Source: Octopus sinensis
Taxonomy: Eukaryota
Direction: 5' to 3'
Length of the DNA: 64,000 bases
Assembly (NCBI RefSeq): GCF_006345805.1
Contig: NC_043005.1
Coordinates: 58,032,001 to 58,096,000 of the forward strand
The notes beneath the pieces were generated by a model that saw only the letters and a program-made list of their open reading frames with translations, did no database searches and had not been told where the DNA came from. This document shows, one piece after another, positions 24,941 through 37,492 of this stretch. The position numbers and the translations under genes were made by a program. Each line of letters begins with the position of its first letter. Position 1 is the stretch's first letter.

Positions 24941-25489
24941 TTGGTCTTAGGAAGGACGTCCAGCTGTGGAAAGCCATGCCAGAACAGACAATGGAGCCAG
25001 ATATGGTTCCTAGTCTTGCCAGCTCCTGTCAAACCATCCAACTAATGCCAGCATGGGAAACAGATGTTAAATGATGATGATGATGAAGATGAATGCAACA
25101 GCTATGCTTATACAATAACAGAAGCAAAACTGTATTACTTTGGTTCCAAGAATAGATATCACAAAAAGTTGGTATGAACACCAACCTAAACCAAAAGTTG
25201 AAAGTAACAACATCCCTATCCTTTGATCAGGACATTATAGTACACACTAATTACACAATTAATGCCAATTGCCAAAATATTGTCATTTAAGATACCAAAC
25301 ACGAGAACTTCATATTTATAGATATTACAATATCATCTGACAAAATTATGATAAATTTACCAAATATAAACTCTTTAATTTTTTAACATGTTTCAACTTT
25401 AAAGCTGCAATCATGCTGGAGCATCTTCATTGAAAAAATATGGATCGTTTCATGAATTTGTGTGTCATCCTTGTGCAGGTGAGAAATTT

Positions 25490-25670
25490 AAATAAACAGG
25501 ATGTGACCCCGAAGACAGAAAAAATATCAGTTGTGACAGGAACACTAGGGTTCATTAAAAAGTCAGTGACTTTCTTGAAAGAATTCCCAGAAGAATCTAG
25601 CATATATAAAATCAAGAAGTAAATATGAAACAATATGACTCACATTCTACATAAGTTCTTGTCCTTGTAA
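25490..25670 (+). mobile_element. Decayed R4/Dong-like LINE 3' end
   Basis: KTEKISVVTGTLGFIKK...SIYKIKK*I*NNMTHILHKFLSL resembles the RLE C-terminus (IPVVIGALG...GTAHILRK). Confidence 0.5.
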
Positions 25671-25884
25671 TCTATATACTGGAAACATTTTCTTCTCTCT
25701 GATATTATTTGAGCCAAGTATAAAAACCCAACAGGACCAGAAGCTGTATGAGATAATAATATTTACACAGCAATGCCTGCCCTAGGCCTCTTGTTGTTAC
25801 CCAGCAGTTGTTTGTTATGTAGCTAATATCAAAGGAAGAAAAATGATAATGTATATGTGCATGTTGTATGACTATGTTTTTACA

Positions 25885-25885
<1 letters not shown>

Positions 25886-25938
<53 letters not shown>

Positions 25939-25948
25939 CACCACCACC

Positions 25949-25992
<44 letters not shown>
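25886..25992. repeat. Compound (ACT)n(ACC)n(ACT)n microsatellite
   Basis: Direct reading. Confidence 0.95.
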
Positions 25993-25994
<2 letters not shown>

Positions 25995-26687
25995 TCCATG
26001 GGTATTTATTTTTCTATTATTGTGTAGGCATAGCTGTTGCATTACAACGTAATATCTTTTTTTTTCTAAATACAGTAGGCAACTTCTGGAATGATGTGAA
26101 TTGTGATTGGCACTGTTGTTGCCTAGTTTATATTTATGCTTATATTCTTTATAAGCAATAAATACAAGCTGGGCAATAACAAAGAGGTTCTATATAAATG
26201 GTTCTTGGAAGTATCCACTATGCATTACAATACAAGAGCTACTGCAGCTATGGCTGTCACTGAGGAGGTAGAAAGTACTGCAATCCCAGCTTTCACTATT
26301 GAAACAAGACTTACCTAACCATACGTACAACAATTAAAGTTGTTCATTTATTACAAAAATATTACATAGATCATTCATAAGCTCAGACGGTACTGATGAC
26401 ATTGGTGGTTATGATGAAGTGATGAAATATATAAGGTTTCCATGAAGATGATGAGATAATTTTTTTTTTTTTGAAACATTTAAGCTATAGATTTTCTTAG
26501 GAAAAGTATTACCAATTTCCAGGATATCTAATGCTTATAATAAATATTATTTAGATACCATATAGCAGAAGTAATCCATTATTCAGTTTAATACCATCAC
26601 CATAAATTAACTAATATAATCTCTGCAAATATTTATGCAACATTTTTTCCCCGTCACTTTACAATATGTTTCAATAATAAACTTAAA

Positions 26688-27120
26688 CAGGCACAGGAGT
26701 GGCTGTGTAGTAAGTAGCTTGTTTACCAACTACATGGTTCCGGGTTCGATCCCATTGCGTGGCACCTTGGGCAAGTGTCTTCTACTATAGCCTCGGGCCG
26801 ACCAAAGTCTTGTGAGTGGATTTGGTAGATGGAAACTGAAAGAAGCCCGTCGTATAAATGTATATATATATATATATATATATATGCGTGTGTTTGTGTG
26901 TCTGTGTTTGTCCCCCTAGCATTGCTTGACAACCGATGCTGGTGTGTTTATGTCCATGTTACTTAGCGGTTCGGCAAAAGGGACCGATAGAATAAGTACT
27001 GGGCTTACAAAAGAATAAGTCCTGGGGTCGAGTTGCTTGATTAAAGGCGGTGCTCCAGCATGGCTGCAGTCAAATGACTGAAACAAGTAAAAAGAGTAAA
27101 AAAAAGAGTAAAGAGAGAGT
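26688..27120 (+). mobile_element. SINE family A, full length
   Basis: Same architecture as 8836-9230. Confidence 0.85.
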
Positions 27121-27718
27121 CAGAAAGATTTTATGAAATTCTTTGCCAAATTTCTCAGGCCAATTTTCCATGATACACACACATACACAACAAAAAAGGA
27201 AAAAGTGAAGAAAGGATTTTCCGAATGTGTTCATAAGAGTTTTCTTTAAATGCTTATTCTACACACCCACCATCTATAATTCCTTCATGAATAACAACCA
27301 CAATAAAATTTTGTCAAATATTTTGCTAAAGTGTTAAATAAATGCTTTTCTATAACAAATATTACACCATATTCTTCACCGTTGCTTTTTCCTATTATTG
27401 TATAATAAAGGAAACACATCAAATATCCCCAAAAGATCTTGGCAAATCTTTTATCATTTGTTGTGTTCATTTTTTCCCCACATTGAGAAAAAAAAAATCT
27501 TTTACCAAATTTTCATTTGCTCAGTGTTCTAATTCCTCCTTGATTCCATGACAAAAGACCATAAATAGTTTGTGAAAATATTTTGCAAAGCTTTTATATG
27601 TCACATTACTAAAATTCTTGAGAGAAAAGAAGAGAGAGAAAGAACTGAAACCCCTTAAACAAATTTTAATTTGCCCCTTAATCCCTTGATATAGCATAAA
27701 AATTATACAAAGATAATA

Positions 27719-27772
<54 letters not shown>

Positions 27773-27789
27773 GTGGTGGTGATAATCTC

Positions 27790-28011
27790 TTACTCTTTCA
27801 CTTGTTTCAGTCTTTTGACTGTTGCCATGCTGGAGCACCGCCTTTAGTCGAGCAAATCGACCCCAGGACTTATTCTTTGTAAGCCTAGTACTTATTCTAT
27901 TGGTGTCTTTTGCTGAACCGCTAAGTTACAGGGATGTAAACACACCAGCATCGGTTGTCAAGCGATGTTGTGGGGACAATCACAGACACACAAACATATA
28001 CACATACATAC

Positions 28012-28046
<35 letters not shown>

Positions 28047-28535
28047 AAAATAGGGTAAAGTAAAATAATTTACTTTACCACACACCGAGCTTTTTAGAAA
28101 TAGCAGCCAAAAATTTGGCTATTTCTTCAACTGCAAGAAAAAGTCTCCCAGACAATGCATACTCAGAAATAACTCACATAGGTATAAGGGAAAAACAACG
28201 AAAGATCACATCCATATAAGATACCCGAGGACAGCCTGTTTCTGGATTCGTGGGTTAAACGCCAACATTTCCTTCATCAGCTCAGAGCTTTCTTCTGATT
28301 TAGATTTGGAAGTACTAAGAATCAAACATACCCGTCCGATATATGTAACATCGGACATATATATATACATATATATGACGGGCTTCTTTCAGTTTCCGTC
28401 TACCAAATTCACTCACAAGGCTTTGGTCGGCCCAAGGCTATAGTAGAAGACACTTGCCCAAGGTACCATGCAGTAGGACTGAACCCGGAACCATGTGGTT
28501 CGTAAGCAAGCTACTTACAACACACCCACTCCTAT
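27790..28535 (-). mobile_element. SINE family A split at its internal (TA)n by a hammerhead-bearing insert (28046-28355)
   Basis: 3' half at 27790-28010 and 5' half at 28370-28535, with TA tracts on both sides of the insert. Confidence 0.75.
28224..28286 (-). ncRNA. Type I hammerhead ribozyme motif
   Basis: Minus strand: TCTGAG CTGATGA A GGA...TCC A GAAA CAG-G-CTG TC CTCGGG. Six-pair stem I with two G-U, canonical core, GUC site; an A.A opposition at the base of stem II. Confidence 0.7.
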
Positions 28536-29001
28536 GCCTAATTCTTTCACAAGGCCTGAAATTTTGTGGGTGGGGGCTACTCAATTACATCGACCCCAGT
28601 GTTTCACTGGTACTTATACTTTACACTTGTGACTCCATTGGTAACTACTGAGCCCAGCTCTTGATAAACATACACTACAGATATTGCAGATCAAGCTTTC
28701 CCCATTCACTACATTGGTGGTGCATTTTCAAGGAGTTCACGTAGATTCTGCACCAAAAATGCACGTTTTTTTTTTTTTGAAAATAACTCCTCCTTCTTTT
28801 ACTTGCTTCTTCAGGTGGTGGTGAAGACAAGCATTGCTTTCCCAATTGACCTCCCATATTTCACATACCTGCAATGAGAATTTTACAGAAATTCTTAAAT
28901 TGTAATCTTTGTTTTCACTGGGGGCATTTTCCACAAACAAGTTTGACATACAGCAACTACTTAGACATCCTCCAATCATTTATCTGGACAATGATTGAAC
29001 A

Positions 29002-29036
<35 letters not shown>

Positions 29037-29039
<3 letters not shown>

Positions 29040-29140
29040 CAAATAAGTAACAAGGATGTCCAGGTATTAGTAGTGCATTACGGCCATTTCAGGTGGTCAA
29101 AATGCACTAATACCTGGACATCCTTGTTACTTATTTGCTT
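29037..29140. repeat. Near-perfect inverted repeat (about 40 bp arms, 21 nt spacer) next to (TA)n
   Basis: aagcaaataagtaacaaggatgtccaggtattag(tag)tgcatt / aatgcactaatacctggacatccttgttacttatttgctt. Confidence 0.9.
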
Positions 29141-29232
29141 TTTTATTCACCCTACTTCGAGCTGTGCAGATAATACTAGACTGACTTGGTGCCTCAAGTT
29201 AAGTATCTAATTCAACTGAAGCTTAATTATTT

Positions 29233-29271
<39 letters not shown>

Positions 29272-29303
29272 TTTATTTCAAAGCAGCAGAAATTCAACAA
29301 AGC

Positions 29304-29341
29304 CTGTTACTCTGAGTTTCACGTTCCCGTTCGTCAGACAG
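29304..29341 (-). ncRNA. Minimal type I hammerhead ribozyme, intact
   Basis: Minus strand: CTGT CTGACGA ACG-ggaa-CGT GAAA CTC-A-GAG TA ACAG; GUA cleavage site. Confidence 0.8.
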
Positions 29342-29357
29342 TTTTTTTTAACAAAAA

Positions 29358-29395
29358 CTGTCTGATGAACAGGAATGTGAAACTCAGAGCAACAG
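29358..29395 (+). ncRNA. Type I hammerhead motif with mutated cleavage site (U16.1 to C)
   Basis: CTGT CTGATGA ACA-ggaa-TGT GAAA CTC-A-GAG CA ACAG. Confidence 0.65.
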
Positions 29396-29498
29396 GTTTT
29401 GTTGAATTTCTGCTGCTTTGAAATAAAGCATATTACTCTACCTCTGGTATTTGAGTACTCTTTTTTCCACCTTGTTTCACATTTATGTGTTTGCTCCA

Positions 29499-29535
<37 letters not shown>

Positions 29536-30166
29536 AACACATACATTTACAGGGTTGGCTAAAAGTCACTCACCAAAACATTTAACATTTTATTCATATT
29601 ATGTTATTGTTGTTGTTGCTGTTGTTATTAATATTATTATTATCATTAGTATTATCATCATCATTATTATGTTCCTTTAATGGCTACAACCTTAAACTTA
29701 CTTCTCCCCTCTCTTTCTCTCCCTCCTTCTCTTTCTCTCCCTCCCTCTTTTCTTCTCTCCTACCAAATCCCCCTTACACGTACTCCTAAATATTTAACCT
29801 CTTCCTTTCGTTTTCTTCTCATTCTTGACCATTTCACACTAAAAATTCTTTTCTTTTTATTCTGAATAAATGTATATGCATAGGTGTGACAATATATTTA
29901 TTTACTGTTGACATAATAAAGTAAACTGAACTTAATATTCACAAAAAATCCCCCTAAAATCAGCATCTATCTAATCCAATTATCCTCCCCATCTTTCCCT
30001 TCTGTCCTTCTCTATATTCTTAACAACTTCAGACAATTGCCCCCTCCTATATTTTTGACCTCTTCCTCTTACAGAGCATTATATGTTTTCATACATTTGT
30101 TTTGTTTATCTTGTTTTTTTTTACTCTATTTATATTAAGAGCATTAATACACATAAATGCCCTTAA

Positions 30167-30252
<86 letters not shown>

Positions 30253-30373
30253 ATAATATATATATATATATATTTATATGTATAACTGTCCAACCCATGC
30301 CAGCATGGAAAGCAGGTGTTAAATGATGATGATACTGATGATGTTATATATATATATACATACACACATACAT

Positions 30374-30430
<57 letters not shown>

Positions 30431-30544
30431 CACCTTATATATACACCTTATATATATATACATACATATGTTTTATATTGTATTAGTTTCAGCTCAAAGC
30501 TGTGGCCATGCTGGGGCACCACCATTTTGCTATACTGTTATTAT

Positions 30545-31375
30545 TAAGAACCTCCTTTGATATGTGGTATTTGGTGAATAAAGGAGTTTGATGTCGCTAT
30601 CCTCATTTGCACCTCCTGTCACAAGGTAGGTTCATCTGGGACTCTCGTCAGGAAGAGATCCAGTTTTGGATGAGTAATGATGCAACTTTCTATGTGCATA
30701 TTACCAAGATGACAGCATAGTGCAGATAAATTGCTGGATGGATTCTGAAATCATTCAGAAACCAGAAAAGAAACGATACCATGGTGTGTGTTGCATCTAT
30801 GGAGAGCTTTTGTTCTTAGTTTTCTGGTTTACTGTACTGAGTTGTGGTCACTGCAGAGTATCCAACTGATGGTGGAACTTAAAGGAGTCTAGCACCACTG
30901 CCTAAAGAAGACTGACTCAGTGCAACAGAGGAGCTACTGGGAGAGGCTAAAGGAACTGAAGCTCCACTCCCTAGAGAAAGGGCATGAAAGATATGTAGTT
31001 ATATACATATGGAAGATTCTGAAAGGTCTAGCTCTCAACTTTGGAATTGAAAGCTATATCAACCACCAAATTGGATGGCACTACATAGTACCAAAGCTCC
31101 CATTTAGAATAAGGACCTAGTAACTTGGGTTTTGAGAGTCCATAGCTGTTCAACATTCTGCTAAATAGCTTGAGAAATTTGCAAGTTGTAGATGTGGAGG
31201 TTTCGAAGAAACCTGGACAAATTTTCATCCAAGATACCAGATGGACACTCATCACAGCAGGAGGCATCAAGAAGAGCAACTCTGTTGAACTCGTTACTTC
31301 ATCAGAAACAATACAGAAAAAGTGCATTGAAAAGGCAGTGCCCCAGCATGACCTCACCCTCTTGCTGAAACCAGT
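30545..31375. mobile_element. Two CR1-group LINE 3' remnants in divergent orientation (minus 30545-30780, plus about 30800-31375)
   Basis: Plus: YWERLKELKLHSLEKGHERYVVIYIWKILKGL...LFNILLNSLRNL; minus: LDLFLTRVPDEPT...SNS. Both are typical of the RT C-terminus in this group. Confidence 0.7.
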
Positions 31376-31402
31376 AAATGATAAAAGATATACATACATA
31401 CA

Positions 31403-31433
<31 letters not shown>

Positions 31434-31824
31434 GTATGTATGTATGTATGTATGTATGTGTGCGTGTGTGCATGTATGTATGTATGTGTGTATGTATGTA
31501 TGTATGTGGAATGGAAGCACTCCGTCGGTTACGACGACGAGGGTTCCGGTTGATCCGAATCAGCGGAACAGCCTGCTCATGAAATTAACGTGTAAGTGGC
31601 TGAGCACTCCACAGACACGTGCACCCTTAACGTAGTTCTCGGGGATATTCAGCGTGACACAGAGAGTGACAAAGCCGGCCCTTTGAAATACAGGTACAAC
31701 ATAAACAGGAAGTAAGAGTGAGAGAAGGTTGTGGTAATAGAGTACAGCAGGGTTCACCACCATCCCCTGCCGGAGCATCGTGGAGCTTTTTTAGGTGTTT
31801 TCGCTCAATAAACACTCACAACGC

Positions 31825-32100
31825 CCGTATGTATGTATGTATGTATGTATGCATGCATGCATGTATGTCTGTCTGTCTGTCTGTCTGTATGTATGTATAT
31901 ATGTATGTATGTGTATGTATGTATGTATGTATGTATGTATGTATGTATGTATGCATGTATGTATGTATGTATGTATGTATGTATGTATGTATGTATGTAT
32001 GTATGTATGTATGTATTTATGTATGTATGTATTTATGTATGTATGTATTTATGTATTTATGTATGTATGTATGTACATATGTAAGTACGTATGTATGTGC
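31825..32100. repeat. (TATG)n microsatellite, about 270 bp
   Basis: Direct reading. Confidence 0.95.
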
Positions 32101-32612
32101 ATATGCGACAGGCATGTTTCTGTTACCTTCTCAAGTCATGCCAACTCACAAGAGCTGGTTTCCCAGTTTTATGGCCTAAATATTCCTCACCTGGACAGGA
32201 CACTGGGCTGTCACAGGATTATTCATTTTTGCCAGTTGAGTGGACTGAAGCAACATGAAACAAAGTATTATGCTCAAGAACACAACACATCACCCTGTCC
32301 AGGAATTGAAACCACAACCATATGATCATATAACCAACACAATAACCACACACCTTCACAGTTTCTGTTCACCAACTTGTACTCCCAAAGACACTTGCAA
32401 AAGTTCTAAGCAGTGAGTAAGAAATTGGAGCATTATGTCTGTATAACAAAAACTCCTTAACCACAGAACCAGTTGAAATATTTCCTAGTTTTCTTTGGAA
32501 TATTTTTTCTTGTTTTTATTTCTCCCCAACACCTCCCTATATACTTTGTTAGTACTAAAATATAATATTTAGTGACTTTTTTTTCTTAGCTTTTTTTGTT
32601 ACAAAATTCCAT

Positions 32613-32644
<32 letters not shown>

Positions 32645-33203
32645 ACAAACAAACAAAAGCAAAAAAATATAGGTAAAATATATTCTGAAGTTTATCTTGC
32701 CATCCCACACCCAAACCCCTCTTTTTTTTTTTTTTACCAGAAATTCCTCTTTTTCTCCCCATGACTTTTTTTTACCTTATGATTCATTTTATTTTTCTCC
32801 ACCAATTCCAATGAAAACTAACCAGAAAGATACACTAGTATAAAGAAGATACGATAACAATATATAATAATACATAATAATTCTTTCTTTCTTTTTTCCT
32901 TCTTTTTTTTCCTTTTCTTATTTATTTATTTTTTTTTTTGCAGTGTGGGGCAAGAGTAAGGACAAGAAATGAAGTATCTGTGTGGGGAACAATGTAGGGT
33001 GTAATGAGAAATGCCTTTGGTTATTCTTTTTAGAAGTATTCTTCATTCTGATATTTCAATTTTGTTGTATTGAAGAACTAAAACTAAATACACACATCAC
33101 ACATATACAAATATATAAACATATATATATATATGTAGATATATGCACATATATAAACACACATATAAATATATAAACATATATATGTATATATATATAT
33201 ACA

Positions 33204-33235
<32 letters not shown>

Positions 33236-33986
33236 CACATAAAGATAGATAGATATAGACACACTTATATAAACACACACATATACACACACATTTAAAC
33301 AGAATAAGTAAATTGGTAAGTCCACATTAACTCTACTGAGGAAATTGTCTTCATACTATTGCTTGTCAGAAAATTCTGTATTAGATAAATATAAATAACA
33401 TTTCATTTTTTTTTCCCCAAAAAACAGTACATACATACATACATACATACATACATACATACACATGTGCACAAACATATTCGCATATACATATACATAT
33501 ACAAACACATACACAGTCGGAGCTGGAACTACAATAGTCCAGCAATATTCCTTTACAACTGAAACGAATATAACCGAAATAAGGGAGGTAAGTAAGATAA
33601 TAAGTAGAAAGAAATAAAAGTGTAAAGTTTTACCATTTTTTTTCATCATTAAATTCTTTCAATTACTTTATTTCTTTTGTCCCCCTGGCACATGCGTGCG
33701 CATTTATGGATGTGTTCATACAAGCATAAAAAATTTATGTAAAATGATGATGATGATAATGACGATCTATTCTATCTATCTAGCTAGGTAGCTAGCTGTA
33801 TATATGTTTCATTAAATGCTTGACTATGTTCAAGTTTTATCTTGTTTATTTTAGATTTTTTTCGTATAGTCTTCTTAACTTTTTATGGTTGGTTTGGAAC
33901 ATTAGAGTTTCTAAATCCATATTCAACATTTCTAGACCTTCACAGTCTCATTATAAAGAAATGAAATGAATACATTGGGCATTTGT

Positions 33987-34220
33987 AAGGTGGCGAGCTG
34001 GCAGAAACGTTAGCTCACTGGGAAAAATGTGTAGCCATATTTCATCTGCCGTTACATTCTGAGTTCAAATTCTGCCGAGGTCAACTTTGCCTTTCATCCT
34101 TTTGGGGTCAATAAATTAAGTACCAGTTATACACTGGGGTCGATATAATCAACTTAATCCCTTTGTCTGTCCTTGTTTGTCCTCTCTGTGTTTAGACCCT
34201 TGTGGGTAGTAAAGAAATAG
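33987..34220 (+). mobile_element. SINE family C (V-domain-like)
   Basis: ggcgagctggcagaaacgttagc...gttcaaattctgccgaggtcaactttgcctttcatccttttggggtcaataaattaagtacc; copies at about 35340-35760(-), 38700-39100(-), 48905-49140(+), 49690-49915(-). Confidence 0.8.
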
Positions 34221-36789
34221 GACATTTGTATTGTTTCTTATATACTAATTGCATCCATTAGTACCGGTGTTTCTCAATCAGAATCCACATGGCCCAGGGG
34301 ATAGGGGTCCACATAAAATTTTGCTGTTAAAATTTATGTGCAATAAATTGATTATACCTCTACAATGCTTACCTTGGATCGTAGGGCGACCTGCTCTGCT
34401 TGAGGAGACCTATTGAGTCAAGTACATCAACATCAAAATCAAAATCAAATGGAAACTGTAGTTGTGATACCCATGCCAGTGGCATGTAAAAAGCACCCAT
34501 TACACTCACAGAGTGGTTGGCGTTAGGAAGGGCACCCAGCTGTAGAAACACTGCCAGATCAGACTGGAGCCTGGTGCAGCCTCCTGGCTTCCCAGACCCC
34601 GGTTGAACCATCCAACCTATGCTAGCATGGAAAACAGACGTTAAATGATGATGATGATGATGAATGCATGAAATATTTTAACTAATTTTTTTTTATATTT
34701 CTAATAATATTTAAGTATAAAAATATAATCTTTTCTTTAATCCTTTACTTGTTTCAGTCTTTAGACAGATACCATTCTTTGGCACCACCTTGAAGAATTT
34801 TTAGTTAAATATATCAACCCCAGTACTTCTTCTTCATCATCATCATCATCCTTTAATATCTGTTGTCCATGCTGGCATGAGTTGGATGGTGTGACCAGAG
34901 CTGGCAAGCTGGGGAGCTGCAGCAGACTCCAGTCTGATTTGGCACGGGTTTTATGACTGGATGCCCTTCCTAACGCCAACCACTTTACAGAGTGTGCTGG
35001 GTGTTTTTTTACATGACACCGCATGGCACTACATGGATGCTTTTACATGTTACCATATGAGTGCTTTTATGTGGCACTGCCAAGAGTGCTTTACACCCTC
35101 AGAAGGATCAGTCTTAATACTTTTGCTGCAGAGTAAGGGTCTTCTTATATTTTTAAAACCTCATACTTATTCTGTTAGTTACTTTTGCTGAATTGCTAAG
35201 TTACAAGGATGTAAACAAACCAGCACCAAATGTCAAGCAGTGTGAAGAGACATATACAGACACAAAGCACATACACACACACACACATATATCATACACA
35301 CACACATATATATTATACACACACACACATATTATTGTTTCAGTTTCTTATTTCTTTACTGCCACCAGGGGCTACACACAGAGGGGACAAACAAGGACAG
35401 ACAAATGAATTAAGTTGATTATTTCGATCCCAGTGTGTAACTGGTACTTATTTAATTGACCCTGAAAGGATGAAAGGCAAAGTTGACCTCAGCAGAATTT
35501 GAACTCAGAACGTAGCAGCAGATGAAATACCTATTTCTTTACTACCCACAAGGGGCAAAGCACAGAGAAGACAAACAAGGACACACAAATGGATTAAGTC
35601 GATTACATCAATCCCAGTGCATAACTGGTACTTAATTTATCGACCCTGAAAGGATGAAAGGCAAAGTTGACCTCAGTGGAATTTGAACTCAGAACATAGT
35701 GGCAGACGAAATACGGGTACGCATTTCACCCGGCATGCTAAAGTTTCTGCTAGCTCGCCACTGAAACTTTCAGTTTCTGTCAACCAAATCTCCTCACAAA
35801 TCTTTGGTTGTCATGAGGCTACGGTAGAAGATACTTGCCCAAGGTGCCACACAGAGCCACATGGTTGGGTAGCAAGCTTCTTACCACACAGCCTCCAAAT
35901 GTTTGTTAGGGTCCAGTGAAGTGAAATAAGAGTCAAATGAGCCAATAGGCAAAAAAAATGTTTGAGAACCATTGACTTAGACAAAAGCAGCCAAAGGATT
36001 TTTAAAAATTTTAACTGTTAACATCATATTTCATACATCAGCAGTCACATGTTGATTTGTTGGTGGCAGTCTCCTTCTGAAGTTTCTCACTTTGCTTGTC
36101 CCTCTCTCTCTCACTCTCCTTTCATATTCTGTTTTTCTCTTTCCTGCCCTCTTTCTTCACATAAACTCCATGGCCTAGATACGTCTTCCACCTCTGACTA
36201 TGTTATTAGTCACTCCAGCTTTCACTCTATGTCAGACTTACCATGTAAAAATGTCTTAAATTTGGTAACATATTTTTTTCTTTCCCTTGCCATTGTTAAT
36301 TCTTTTGTTCTCTTTGATAAAGGATATCACTTGAATTGCTAGATGCTTTTCTGTTTCTTTCTTAGGAATATTTATTATCTTCCTTGTACAATTCTTTATT
36401 TTTTTTTTTATTGATAATTCTATACTTTTACTTATTTGACTCCGTGTATTATTGGTTTGTCGCCTATTTACCTCGTAATCTTGTCTTATTTGTTTGATTT
36501 TTATTGCTGTGTGTGTGTATGTATATGTGTATGTATATGTGTGTGTGTGTGTGTGTGTGTATATCAAATAAAACAGTGGTATAAAAATATAGATTCAGAG
36601 AATCATATAGCAATTATTGGTTACAAAACAGCCATAGTCATATGGAAGTCATATTGATAAATAAATCTATCTTCATCATTCACACAACCTTTGATGCCAA
36701 TAAATTATCATTGTTCCTGTATGTGGTTTTTTTATATCTACCATGGACTGCTCAAAACTTACAAACACCCAACACTTAGATCCTTGGAT

Positions 36790-37305
36790 TTTCATCATCA
36801 TCATCATCATCATCATCATTTAACGTCTGTTTTCCATGCTAGCATGGGTTGGACGATTTTGACTGAGGTCTGGCAACCAGATGGCTGCACCAGGCTCCAG
36901 TCTTGATCTGGCAGAGTTTCTACAGCTGGATGCCCTTACTAATGCCAACCACTCCAAGAGTGTAGTGGGTGCTTTTTACGTGCCACCTGCACGGGGGGCC
37001 AGTTAGGCGGTACTGGCAATGACCTCGCTCGAATCTTTTTACTCATGCCACCGGCACAGGTGCCAGTAAAGCGACGTTGGTATCGATCACACTTGAATGG
37101 TGCCCTTTTACGTTCCATGGATATGGAAGCCAGTTGGCTGCTCTGGCAACTATCACGCTCAGATGGTGTTCTTGACACCCTACTAGCACAGACATAAGTG
37201 CCAGTAAGGCGATGCCGGTAACGATCATACTCGAATAGCCGCTCTGTCAACGATCACACTCGTATGGTGCTCTTTGCACCCCGCTAGCACGGATGCCAGT
37301 CATCG
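36790..37305 (-). mobile_element. Family D (GAT)n-tailed element, long copy
   Basis: Near-collinear with 5650-6240, 46225-46765 and 53575-54112. Confidence 0.8.
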
Positions 37306-37456
37306 AAATATATATACATACATATATATTTATATATATATATATATAGATAGATAGATAGATAGTTGGAATTTACAAAATGCAAGCCAAAAGATGAAGA
37401 TGGGTGTGTAAACAACAAACAGATGTATTAGTTTAATGCTTGGGAAATGAGAAAGT

Positions 37457-37492
37457 CTTTTACGTTTCGAGCCTACGCTCTTCAACAGAAAG
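37457..37492 (-). ncRNA. Hammerhead-like motif with non-canonical core (CUGUUGA)
   Basis: Minus strand: CTTT CTGTTGA A GAGC-gtag-GCTC GAAA CG TA AAAG. A related copy at about 59010-59045 has CTGCTGA. Confidence 0.45.

Larger units (their letters stand above)
29271..29428. mobile_element. Fold-back element with a hammerhead in each arm
   Basis: Arms of about 75 bp from ctttatttcaaagcagcag to ctgctgctttgaaataaag; (TA)n directly left and at about 29500. Confidence 0.85.

Noticed and set aside
33515-33590. Short open segment with a plus-strand GAG|GTAAGT donor (GAGTTIVQQYSFTTETNITEIRE)
   Set aside because: No polypyrimidine tract before the AG and no recognisable homology.
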